From positions 1-23,608 of the forward strand of contig JAYPJE010000059.1 of NCBI GenBank assembly GCA_038128265.1: a DNA stretch of 23,608 nucleotides, written 5' to 3'. Shown one piece after another: positions 15,938 through 23,608 of this stretch. The notes below the pieces were generated by a model. The model was not told the DNA's origin. It saw only the letters and a list, made by a program, of their open reading frames with translations, and made no database searches. The position numbers were made by a program, and so were the translations under genes. The first letter of the stretch is position 1. Every line of letters starts with the position of its first letter. The stretch is from Gemmatimonadota bacterium. GTDB lineage: Bacteria; Latescibacterota; UBA2968; UBA8231.

Positions 15938-16837
15938 CTAAGCCACCAGCATTGCCGCGCCAAATACGCCGGCGCTGTCGCCGAGTTCGTGCCGCACGAT
16001 GCGGGTGTCCAGTCGATAGTTAAATACGTGTTTGGCTGCCTCCTCGACGCCGCGCGTGTAGAGCGCATCGATATTGCTAACGCCGCCGCCCAGCACGACT
16101 ACGTGCGGATCGAGCACGTTAATTACGGCGGCTATGCCCCGCCCAAACTGCGTTACGAGCCGATCGATCGTCGCCGCGGCATGGTCGTCGGCGCCGCTGT
16201 CGGCGCGCGCGGCTATTTCAGATAGAGGACGCTGCTCACCCGACAGTCCGGCATAGTGTCGTTCGAGGAAGGGGCCGGCCAGTATGGTCTCGACGCAGCC
16301 CTTGCGCCCGCAGTAGCAGTCGGGACCAGCGGCGTCCAGCAGGTTATGACCCCACTCACCGGCAATGCCCTGACCTCCGTAGAGCGCTCGATTGCCGACG
16401 ACGATACCGCCGCCCACGCCCGAGCCGAGAATAACGCCAAATACCGATTCGGCGCCGCGCGCCGCTCCGAGTCGAGCCTCGGCCAGCGCAAAGCAGTTGG
16501 CGTCGTTAGACGTGACAACCTCCATCTGCAATGCGCTCTGCAAGTCGCGCGCCAGCGGCTGATTGTTGAGGCTGGTCGCATTGCAGTTCTTTAGTTTTTC
16601 CGTGTGTGGATCGATTACGCCGGGGGTGCAAATGCCCACGCGCTCTGGGCGCGGACCGACTTCGCGCTCCATTTGTTCGACCAGTTTCTGAAATTGGCCC
16701 AATACGTGCTGGTAGCCAAGAGCGGCCTCCGTTGGCACGCGCAGGCGCAGCAGCGGAGCGGGCTCTTCAGTGGAAGGAAGGACAACCCCTTCGATTTTAG
16801 TGCCTCCCAGATCGATCCCCCAGTAGTGCTGACTCAT
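15938..16837 (-). CDS. ROK family sugar kinase (fructokinase Mak/YajF-like)
   Basis: GIDLGGTKIE, NDANCFALAEA, GVILGSGVGGG, GEWGH, CYCGRKGCVE zinc motif. ATG 16837 with GGAG preferred over the track start 16957. No N-terminal HTH. Confidence 0.9.
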   Translation of the reverse strand: MSQHYWGIDLGGTKIEGVVLPSTEEPAPLLRLRVPTEAALGYQHVLGQFQKLVEQMEREVGPRPERVGICTPGVIDPHTEKLKNCNATSLNNQPLARDLQSALQMEVVTSNDANCFALAEARLGAARGAESVFGVILGSGVGGGIVVGNRALYGGQGIAGEWGHNLLDAAGPDCYCGRKGCVETILAGPFLERHYAGLSGEQRPLSEIAARADSGADDHAAATIDRLVTQFGRGIAAVINVLDPHVVVLGGGVSNIDALYTRGVEEAAKHVFNYRLDTRIVRHELGDSAGVFGAAMLVA

Positions 16838-16910
16838 CGTGCGCTCCGCTCTTCTATTCGTTGGGCACCGCGTTAAACAGGCGACTAATTGAGTCGCGCG
16901 GCGATGCTGC

Positions 16911-16939
16911 AGATTCGCAATTAACGGCATTTTTGTCAA
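16911..16939 (-). promoter_or_regulatory. Possible promoter for the ROK kinase gene
   Basis: Minus strand TTGACA (16939-16934), 17-nt spacer, weak -10 GAATCT preceded by TGn. Confidence 0.4.
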
Positions 16940-16980
16940 GGAGTGGCACAGGACCATTCCCGTAGCAAGTAGAGGCGATA

Positions 16981-19302
16981 ATGAACGATCATAACAAGGT
17001 GCTACTGCAGTGGCTCCGCTCTGAAATCAGCGCAGAGCAGGCAGCCGAGCGGGGAATCGACGATATCCAAGCCGCGCTGCGCCGCCACGCACAAAGTCGA
17101 GAGCCGCAAATCAGCGGCGAGCTGCCGCAGGGCGTGAGTAGCCGTGCGCAGGTCTGCCGCGATCGCTGGGGCGCAACGCACGTGCGCGCAGAGGTGCTTA
17201 CCGACGCCTACGTTGCGCTCGGCTTTGCCATGGGACAGGATCGCCTGTGGCAGTTAGACTACCTGCGCCGGCGCGCCCGCGGGCGCCTGGCAGAAATTCT
17301 CGGCCCGACCAGCCTGGGCTCGGACCGCCTTATGCGGACCATAGGCCTATCGCGCGCGGCCCATGCGGCCGTCGATGCGGCCGGTGAAGAAGTCAGCGCC
17401 GTGCTCGATGCGCTAGCGCGCGGCATCAACGCCGCGGCCGAGCATAGCCGGTCCAACAGGCCGCTCGAATTCGACATCCTCGACTACGACTTCGAAGAGT
17501 GGACGCCCGCTGATTCCGTCGCCGTGTGGAAATGGCGCTGGTGGATGCTCAGCGGTCGCCTAGACCTGATTGCCCTACAGGAAGTATGCAAGCGCTCTCT
17601 TCCCGACGATATGCTGGAGGCTTTTCTCGAAGTCGAATCGACCGAAAGCATCGTGCCGGGCGACGGGGCACGCGGGGCACGCGGCCACGATCTAGGCGAG
17701 GGTAGCAACAACTGGGTAGTGGGCAGCAGTCGCAGCGCCAGCGGTTTACCGGTGCTGGCCTCCGATCCACACAACGCCCTCGACCATCCCAGCCAATGGT
17801 ACGAAGCACACCTACAGTGCGGCGCCATTGATGCCATCGGCGCGTTCTATTTGGGCACGCCCGGCATCTATATGGGACGCACCCGCGGGGCCTGCTGGGG
17901 CCTGACCAACCACCTGGTTTCAGGGCGCGACCTCTACACGGAAGAGGTGCGCGACGGCTGCTATCGCGACGGAGAGCAGTGGCATCCGCTGCGGATCGAA
18001 CGCGAGCAGATCGGCGTGCGCGGCGGCGCAGACAGCGCGCTGTGCATCGAACACACTTCGCGCGGTCCGCTAGTAAACGAATTCGTGCAGCCCGTAGCAG
18101 AAGACGGCGATCCACCGCTGGCCCTGCGCTGGGCCGGCGCCAGCAGTGAGAGCGGTTTCGAATCCATGCTGGCCCTGATGCGCGCCGAGACACAGGACGG
18201 GGTGCTGCGCGCGCTAGAGCGCTGGCCCTTTCCCAATCTCAACTTCGTCTTTGCAGACAGCCGTGGACAGATAGGCTACCACGCCGTAGGTACCGTGCCG
18301 CGTCGACGCGCCGACTGGCTGGGTTTTCGCCCGGCCAACGAAGCCGCACACAGCTGGAACGGCCGATGGCCCTTTGACGAGTTACCGCACCTGCTCAATC
18401 CAGCACATCAGTGGGTCGCCACTGCCAACAATCCACCCCTGAGCGGCCGCAACGAGTACGTGCTGCTAGGGCACTGGGCCGACGGCTATCGCTTTCGCCG
18501 CATACGCGAGCGCATCGAGCAACACGATGTCCTCACCGCCGAAGAAGTCGGCGCGATCCAATCCGACGTACAGCACCCACGCGCCGCGGAGCTAGCCCCA
18601 CTGCTGGCGCGCCATCTGCGCCAATCCGGCGTCGACGGCGCGAGCGAATTGGCTTCTATTCTCACGGCGTGGGACGGAAGCTATACAACCGACGAAATAG
18701 GCCCTGCTATCTTTGAGGCATTCTGGCTTTTTTGGCGCCGACGCGTGGCTGCAGCGCGCTTCCCAACGCGCTGGGTCGAGTTGGCCGCCGAGCGCAGCGG
18801 AGCGCTAGCGCGACGACTCCTGCAGGGCGAAATGGAAGCGTGGTTTGACGGCCAAGACGTCAGCGGCGAAATCGCTGGCTGCTGCCGCGAGGCGATGAGC
18901 TGGCTGTGCGCGCAGTGCGGCACGCAGATCGAGGGTTGGCGCTGGGGTCACCTACACAGCGTGCTCTTTCCGCATCCTCTGGGAGCGCACAGCGACCGCC
19001 TGCGCGCCCTATTCTCGCCGGGCCCCTTTCCGACCTCGGGCGGCAACGGCACGGTGCGCGCCGCCGGTTTTTCGACCGTCCAGCCGTTTGTCATGACATC
19101 GGGGTCAACCTATCGCTTAGTCGTCGATATGGGCCGCGAGGGATGGGCAATGGCCACGACGACGGGCGGTCGCAGCGGCTACGTCGGCAGTGAGCGCTAC
19201 GCCGACCAGACGCAGCTGTGGCTAGACGATGCATACCATCCGCTGGTTATGGACCTGCGCGACGAAGACGTCGAGGACCGCCTATACTTGGTGCCTAAAT
19301 AA
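16981..19302 (+). CDS. Penicillin acylase family (Ntn hydrolase) amidase
   Basis: RDRWGATHV, GFAMGQDRLWQ, GRLAEILG, GSNNWVV (autocleavage Ser at 17704), ASDPH, GLTN, ATANN, WRWG, YADQ. Confidence 0.92.
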   Translation: MNDHNKVLLQWLRSEISAEQAAERGIDDIQAALRRHAQSREPQISGELPQGVSSRAQVCRDRWGATHVRAEVLTDAYVALGFAMGQDRLWQLDYLRRRARGRLAEILGPTSLGSDRLMRTIGLSRAAHAAVDAAGEEVSAVLDALARGINAAAEHSRSNRPLEFDILDYDFEEWTPADSVAVWKWRWWMLSGRLDLIALQEVCKRSLPDDMLEAFLEVESTESIVPGDGARGARGHDLGEGSNNWVVGSSRSASGLPVLASDPHNALDHPSQWYEAHLQCGAIDAIGAFYLGTPGIYMGRTRGACWGLTNHLVSGRDLYTEEVRDGCYRDGEQWHPLRIEREQIGVRGGADSALCIEHTSRGPLVNEFVQPVAEDGDPPLALRWAGASSESGFESMLALMRAETQDGVLRALERWPFPNLNFVFADSRGQIGYHAVGTVPRRRADWLGFRPANEAAHSWNGRWPFDELPHLLNPAHQWVATANNPPLSGRNEYVLLGHWADGYRFRRIRERIEQHDVLTAEEVGAIQSDVQHPRAAELAPLLARHLRQSGVDGASELASILTAWDGSYTTDEIGPAIFEAFWLFWRRRVAAARFPTRWVELAAERSGALARRLLQGEMEAWFDGQDVSGEIAGCCREAMSWLCAQCGTQIEGWRWGHLHSVLFPHPLGAHSDRLRALFSPGPFPTSGGNGTVRAAGFSTVQPFVMTSGSTYRLVVDMGREGWAMATTTGGRSGYVGSERYADQTQLWLDDAYHPLVMDLRDEDVEDRLYLVPK

Positions 19303-20704
19303 TTTCGGGCTGCTCTTCGATAACGCGCATGCTCTTCCAGCGCCCGCCGCGAAAGCGCATGTAGAACAGGATGCCCATCGCGATGATATACAGGCAGATA
19401 AAGCTCCACAGCACAAAGATACTCGCTTCGAAATAGGCCAGCGCGACAAAGGCGGGTACCACCATGAGGGCCCAAGCCATCGAAACGGACAGCCACATGA
19501 CAAAGCGCGTGTCCCCAGCACCTTTGAGCGCCGCGGTAAAAATCATGTAAAATGCGTCGAAAACGCAGTAGATAGCTACCACGCGCAGCAGCGAGCGCGC
19601 CAAGTCGCGCGCGGCGATAAAATCATCTCCCTGCGCGCGCAAGCCAAAGGGCGAGAGAAATAGGTCGGGCAGCAATAGGTAGCCCAGCGACATGCAGCCC
19701 ATGTAGAATAGGGCCAAATGCACGCCCGTCCACGTGCAGTATTCGGCTTCATCCGGCTCGTCGCGCCCTAGGCGCTGACCGACCATGGTCGACACGGCAA
19801 TCCCACAGCCAATCAGCGGCATAAATGCGAGGCTGTTGATATTAAAGGCCAGATTAGTCGCTGCCAGCTCATTTGCTCCAAGGCGACCTACAATTAGCAG
19901 GAACAGCGTAAAGGCCATAATATCGAGCATAAAATTGACGCCGTTGGGCGCGCCGTAGCGCAGCAGGCGGCGCAGCAGCGGACCGTCGGGACGCCAACCG
20001 CGCAGCGTCGCAAACTCATCGCGGTAGCGCTTGCGTAGAAAGAGCACCGTAAAGGCCAGTGCCGATATGAGTAAACCGATATTGGTCGCCCAAGCAGCGC
20101 CGGCTATGCCGAGGGCGGGAAAACCCCAATGGCCAAAAATCAGCGCGTAGTCCAACACAATATTCACGGCAATGGCCACCACGTTGACGGCCAATACAAT
20201 CCAGGTCTCACCGCGCCCGCTAAAAAAGCACGACGTGGCCGTCGCCAGCACCTGCGGCCCCGTTCCGTAGCATAGAATGCGAAAGTACGTCACCTCCTGG
20301 CTGCGAATGCTTGGGTCGTGGCCGATTAGGTCAAATAGATCGCCGGAAAAATGCGCCGGCACGAGCGCCAGCACTCCACTGAGCAGAGCCAGATAAGTTC
20401 CCTGCCAAATAGAGGGTCCCACCCGCTCGGGACGGTGCGCGCCCGTATACTGGGCGACAAACGTATTGGCATACTGTGCCGTACCCATAAAAAGGCTGAT
20501 AAACGTGAAATTGGCGATGCCAGCCGGCAGCGCTGCAGCCAGTGCCTCGGTCGAATGCCAGGTGAGGAAGACGCGATCGACAAAGTGCTGCACACTCCAA
20601 CTAGCCGTGCTCAAAATAAGCGGCATGGCAATGCCGATAAACTCGCGGTAGCCGCCGGGCGCGCGCCAGCGACGGCGCAGCGCATTAATCATATCCAAGA
20701 GCAT
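19295..20704 (-). CDS. MATE family efflux transporter
   Basis: Multi-TM protein with HFVDRVFL, FFSGRGET, LIFGHWGFPALGIAGAAWAT, VGQRLG, ALKGAGDT. Start could also be ATG 20692. Overlaps the acylase end by 8 bp, convergently. Confidence 0.93.
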   Translation of the reverse strand: MLLDMINALRRRWRAPGGYREFIGIAMPLILSTASWSVQHFVDRVFLTWHSTEALAAALPAGIANFTFISLFMGTAQYANTFVAQYTGAHRPERVGPSIWQGTYLALLSGVLALVPAHFSGDLFDLIGHDPSIRSQEVTYFRILCYGTGPQVLATATSCFFSGRGETWIVLAVNVVAIAVNIVLDYALIFGHWGFPALGIAGAAWATNIGLLISALAFTVLFLRKRYRDEFATLRGWRPDGPLLRRLLRYGAPNGVNFMLDIMAFTLFLLIVGRLGANELAATNLAFNINSLAFMPLIGCGIAVSTMVGQRLGRDEPDEAEYCTWTGVHLALFYMGCMSLGYLLLPDLFLSPFGLRAQGDDFIAARDLARSLLRVVAIYCVFDAFYMIFTAALKGAGDTRFVMWLSVSMAWALMVVPAFVALAYFEASIFVLWSFICLYIIAMGILFYMRFRGGRWKSMRVIEEQPEII

Positions 20705-20711
20705 CCTTTAC

Positions 20712-20738
20712 GGGAATTGAGGCTCGAGCACAATTCCC
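20712..20738. promoter_or_regulatory. Inverted repeat (operator-like or leader hairpin) just upstream of the MATE gene
   Basis: GGGAATTG-N11-CAATTCCC with an internal palindrome GCTCGAGC. Confidence 0.45.
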
Positions 20739-20838
20739 TTACATTTTGCTACTTAAACGTCATTGTTTGACGCATGCGGCGGCCCAGAGCCGATGGCATG
20801 CGGAGACGCCAGCAGAACGGAAAGAGTTACGCAGGAGT

Positions 20839-21468
20839 ATGGGAAAGAAGAAAAAGCAAAAGAGCACGGAACGCCACGCTTACGGCATCACGGTCCTCAA
20901 ATCAGCCGATGCACGCGTGCGCAAACTCAAAACCCAGTACGAACCCAACATTCACGGCAATAAAGTCTGGAACTCCAGCTGGTGCATTATGGACTTTATC
21001 CAGCAGCAGGGCTTGCGCAAGGGAACGCGCGTGCTCGAGGCGGGCTGCGGCTGGGGTCCCACGGGTATTTTCTGCGCTAAACACTACGGCGCCAAGGTCA
21101 CCGGCCTCGATGCCGATCCGGCCGTATTCCCCTATCTGAAGCTGCACGCCGAAATCAACAACGTCAAAATCAATACGCGCCAGGCAACCTTTGAGGAGCT
21201 GAAAAAAAAAGACCTAAAGGGAACACACCTGCTGCTAGGAGCCGATATTTGCTTCTGGGATGAAATGGTCGACCCCATATACAAGCTCGTTAAAAAATCC
21301 GTCGCAGCCGGCGTAGACCAGATCGTCATCGCCGACCCCGGACGGCCGCCGTTTCACCAAGTCGCCGATAAAGTCATCAAAAAAATTGGTGGTGAGGTCA
21401 AGGAATGGAGCGTCGACGAAGAAGTCAAAGCCAGCGCCTATTTGCTCGTCGTCGGAACCCTGCTATGA
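20839..21468 (+). CDS. Class I SAM-dependent methyltransferase, family-16 (METTL21/Nnt1-like)
   Basis: HGNKVWNSS, VLEAGCGWG (motif I), GLD, LLLGADICF, IADPGR. ATG 20839 preferred over TTG 20746, but the start is uncertain. Confidence 0.8.
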   Translation: MGKKKKQKSTERHAYGITVLKSADARVRKLKTQYEPNIHGNKVWNSSWCIMDFIQQQGLRKGTRVLEAGCGWGPTGIFCAKHYGAKVTGLDADPAVFPYLKLHAEINNVKINTRQATFEELKKKDLKGTHLLLGADICFWDEMVDPIYKLVKKSVAAGVDQIVIADPGRPPFHQVADKVIKKIGGEVKEWSVDEEVKASAYLLVVGTLL

Positions 21469-22511
21469 GCCGGCTACCGGAACACATCGGGCGGGCGCTA
21501 CGCGCGGGGCAGGTCATCCCAGCCCACCCGCTGGCCCTCACCGCCGCGCGCACGCTCGACGAGCGACGCCAGCGTGCCCTCTCACGCTACTATTTGGCCG
21601 CCGGTGCGGGCGGCCTGGCCGTAGGCGTGCACACCACGCAGTTCGCCATCCGCGACAAACGCATTGGCCTATTTCGTCCCGTGCTCGAACTCGCCGCCGA
21701 CGTAATGGCCAACGAGGGCCATGCCGACTGCATCCGCATTGCCGGTGCCGTTGGGGCGACGGCACAGGCTGTCGCCGAAGCCGAGTTGGCCATGGACCTG
21801 GGCTATCACGCCGTCTTGCTCAGCCTCGCCGCGCTGCGCCAAGCCGACGACGATGCGCTCATAGCGCACTGCCGCGCCGTAGCCGACGTGGCTCCCGTCG
21901 TTGGCTTTTACCTGCAGCCCTCGGTCGGCGGGCGCCTGCTCGGCTACGCCTTCTGGCGCCGATTCTGTGCATTGGACAACGTCGTGGCCATCAAAATCGC
22001 GCCGTTTAACCGCTACCAGACCATCGACGTGCTGCGCGCCTTGGCGGCTTCGGGACGCGCAGGCGATATCGCTCTCTATACGGGCAACGACGACAACATC
22101 GTGCTCGACCTGCTGACCCGGCACGTCTTTGACGGCGTCGAGCTGCACTTTGCCGGCGGCCTGCTAGGACACTGGGCCGTTTGGACGCAAAAGGCCGTTG
22201 AGCTGCTGCGCCGCTGTCAGGCCGTGCGCGCCAGCGACACAACAATAGACCAAGACATGCTCACGCAGGCCATCGAAGTGACCGACAGCAACGCCGCATT
22301 CTTTGACGCGGCCAACGGCTTTGCCGGCTGCATCGCCGGCATACACGAAGTGCTGCGACGCCAGGGACTGTTGGAAGGTATCTGGTGTTTGGAAGAAGGC
22401 GAGGTCCTATCGCCGGGCCAGGCAGCAGAGATCGATCGCGTCTACGCAGCCTATCCCCACCTAAACGACGACGCCTTTGTCGGAGCACACCGCGACGAGT
22501 GGCTGCGCTAG
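21465..22511 (+). CDS. Dihydrodipicolinate synthase/N-acetylneuraminate lyase-family protein of unknown substrate
   Basis: VIPAHPLAL, GVHTTQF (GxTGE-like position), GFYLQP, VVAIKIA (Schiff-base Lys), YTGNDD. ATGA overlap with the methyltransferase supports start 21465. Confidence 0.8.
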   Translation: MSRLPEHIGRALRAGQVIPAHPLALTAARTLDERRQRALSRYYLAAGAGGLAVGVHTTQFAIRDKRIGLFRPVLELAADVMANEGHADCIRIAGAVGATAQAVAEAELAMDLGYHAVLLSLAALRQADDDALIAHCRAVADVAPVVGFYLQPSVGGRLLGYAFWRRFCALDNVVAIKIAPFNRYQTIDVLRALAASGRAGDIALYTGNDDNIVLDLLTRHVFDGVELHFAGGLLGHWAVWTQKAVELLRRCQAVRASDTTIDQDMLTQAIEVTDSNAAFFDAANGFAGCIAGIHEVLRRQGLLEGIWCLEEGEVLSPGQAAEIDRVYAAYPHLNDDAFVGAHRDEWLR

Positions 22512-22516
22512 GCCCC

Positions 22517-22554
22517 AAAAAAACGGCGCGGCAGTCTCTGTAGACCGCCGCGCC
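22517..22554 (-). terminator. Rho-independent terminator for the 2-hydroxyacid dehydrogenase gene
   Basis: Minus strand GGCGCGGCGGTCT-acag-AGACTGCCGCGCC (13 bp, 1 G-U) followed by G and U7. Confidence 0.85.
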
Positions 22555-22579
22555 AACTTGCACTAATCTCCCTCTAAAA

Positions 22580-23548
22580 TCAAAACCAATTCGCCTTATC
22601 GACGACGTTGACCAGCGGCTCGCCCTGGGCAAAGCGCCGGCCGTTTTCCACCATCAAATCCAAGCGCCGCTGGTTGAGATAGGGGCCTGCAGCGGCCGTG
22701 TGCGGCGTCATGAGAAAGTTCGGTGCCGTCCACAGCGGGTGGTCGGCCGGCAGGGGCTCCGTCTCAAATACGTCGAGCGCGGCACCGGCAATGGTGCCCT
22801 GGCGCAGAGCAGCGTCCAAATCGGCTAGGGCAACATTGGAGCCGCGACCAATGTTGATGAAGAAGGCCGTCTCTTTCATAAGGGCAAATTTAGCAGCCGT
22901 AAAAAGCCCCTCAGTAGAAGGCGTCTGCGGCGCGGTGAGTATGACGAAGTCAGCCTGCGGCAGCAGCGCGTCCAACTCGTCTGGAAGCCGCAGCTGGTCG
23001 ACGCCCTCCGGCGCTTCGGCAACGCGCGGATCGACGCCGATGACGCGCATGCCAAAATGGTGGCAGTGGACGGCTGTCGCACCACCGATGCCGCCCACGC
23101 CGACGATGAGCGCCGTCGACTCAGCCAGATGCGCGGCGGGGCGCATCTCGCCGCCCTTGCGCCACTGGCCGTCGTACTGGTCGCGGAAGTAAGCGTGCAT
23201 CCCGCGCGCAAAGCACAGCACAAAGGCCATGATATGAGCCGATATGTGGTCGTTGAAAATGCCGCGAAAATTCGTTACCTGCACATCGCTGGCAATGAGC
23301 TCATCAAAGTAGTAGCCCTTCGGTGGCCCGGCAGCCGGTGCCGCCAACCACGCGAGTTGATCGGCGGCAGCCAGCAGCTCCGCATCGAGCGTGCCAAAGC
23401 ACGCGCGCGCGCCAGGCAGGGCGGCCAGCTGCGCGCTGCGGTCAGCGGCAAAGACGACCTCTAATTCGGGCACGACGTCGCACATGGCCTTCGCATAGGC
23501 ACGCGTTTGCTCGTTTTCCGAGCCGAGAAATACAAATTTAAACGACAT
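22580..23548 (-). CDS. D-isomer-specific 2-hydroxyacid dehydrogenase
   Basis: IVGVGGIG, FINIGRG (Arg), ALDVFETEPL (Glu), MTPH (His). AAAGGA upstream. Confidence 0.92.
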   Translation of the reverse strand: MSFKFVFLGSENEQTRAYAKAMCDVVPELEVVFAADRSAQLAALPGARACFGTLDAELLAAADQLAWLAAPAAGPPKGYYFDELIASDVQVTNFRGIFNDHISAHIMAFVLCFARGMHAYFRDQYDGQWRKGGEMRPAAHLAESTALIVGVGGIGGATAVHCHHFGMRVIGVDPRVAEAPEGVDQLRLPDELDALLPQADFVILTAPQTPSTEGLFTAAKFALMKETAFFINIGRGSNVALADLDAALRQGTIAGAALDVFETEPLPADHPLWTAPNFLMTPHTAAAGPYLNQRRLDLMVENGRRFAQGEPLVNVVDKANWF

Positions 23549-23608
23549 GGTAGCGATCCTTTGTTAGGTAGCGCAGGAATATATCGGATGGACCGGAATG
23601 CGCCAAGC

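Noticed and set aside
16838..16957. N-terminal extension of the ROK protein as a repressor domain
   Set aside because: No HTH-like sequence. An RBS-supported ATG at 16837 and promoter-like elements lie within the extension.
16944..16960. Sigma54 promoter (TGGCAC) upstream of the acylase
   Set aside because: The -12 TTGC element is missing at the required spacing (TGGCAC-AGGAC-CATT).
21465..22511. Calling this gene dapA
   Set aside because: It lacks the canonical GTTGE and YNVPxRT motifs of true DHDPS, so only family-level assignment is supportable.
562..23541. Numerous overlapping or antisense ORFs in the track (e.g. 2477..3073, 5206..5808, 5525..6160, 10304..11020, 17549..18193, 21386..22009)
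   Set aside because: They overlap well-supported genes, have Arg/Ala/Ser-rich shadow composition typical of GC-rich DNA, and show no recognisable motifs.

Overview
GC-rich bacterial chromosomal window, densely coding, with no mobile element, CRISPR array or rRNA. The left ~13.4 kb is housekeeping. It holds a partial minus-strand histone H1-like KKAPA-repeat gene missed by the ORF track (runs off the left edge), a divergent promoter pair, a tightly packed proC-hisH-hisF-proB-ftsB-recO-glyQS run, and then tRNA-Leu(UAG)-tig-clpP-clpX-engB-serA-purA. The right ~10 kb is accessory or catabolic: DUF4416, a DSD1/D-threonine-aldolase-like PLP enzyme with an RraA/HMG-aldolase-family gene, a ROK kinase, a signal-less penicillin-acylase-family Ntn hydrolase, a MATE transporter, a family-16-like SAM methyltransferase, a DHDPS-family lyase and a D-2-hydroxyacid dehydrogenase. 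I see no clear complete novel multi-gene system. The best leads are (i) a trigger factor with an (HD)n His-rich tract in its C-terminal arm, suggesting a SlyD-like metal-binding hybrid, (ii) an interleaved pro/his cluster where all four enzymes carry substitutions in normally conserved motifs, (iii) the unannotated KKAPA protein, and (iv) several structured leaders or palindromes. All family calls are from motif recognition by eye, with no database searches.
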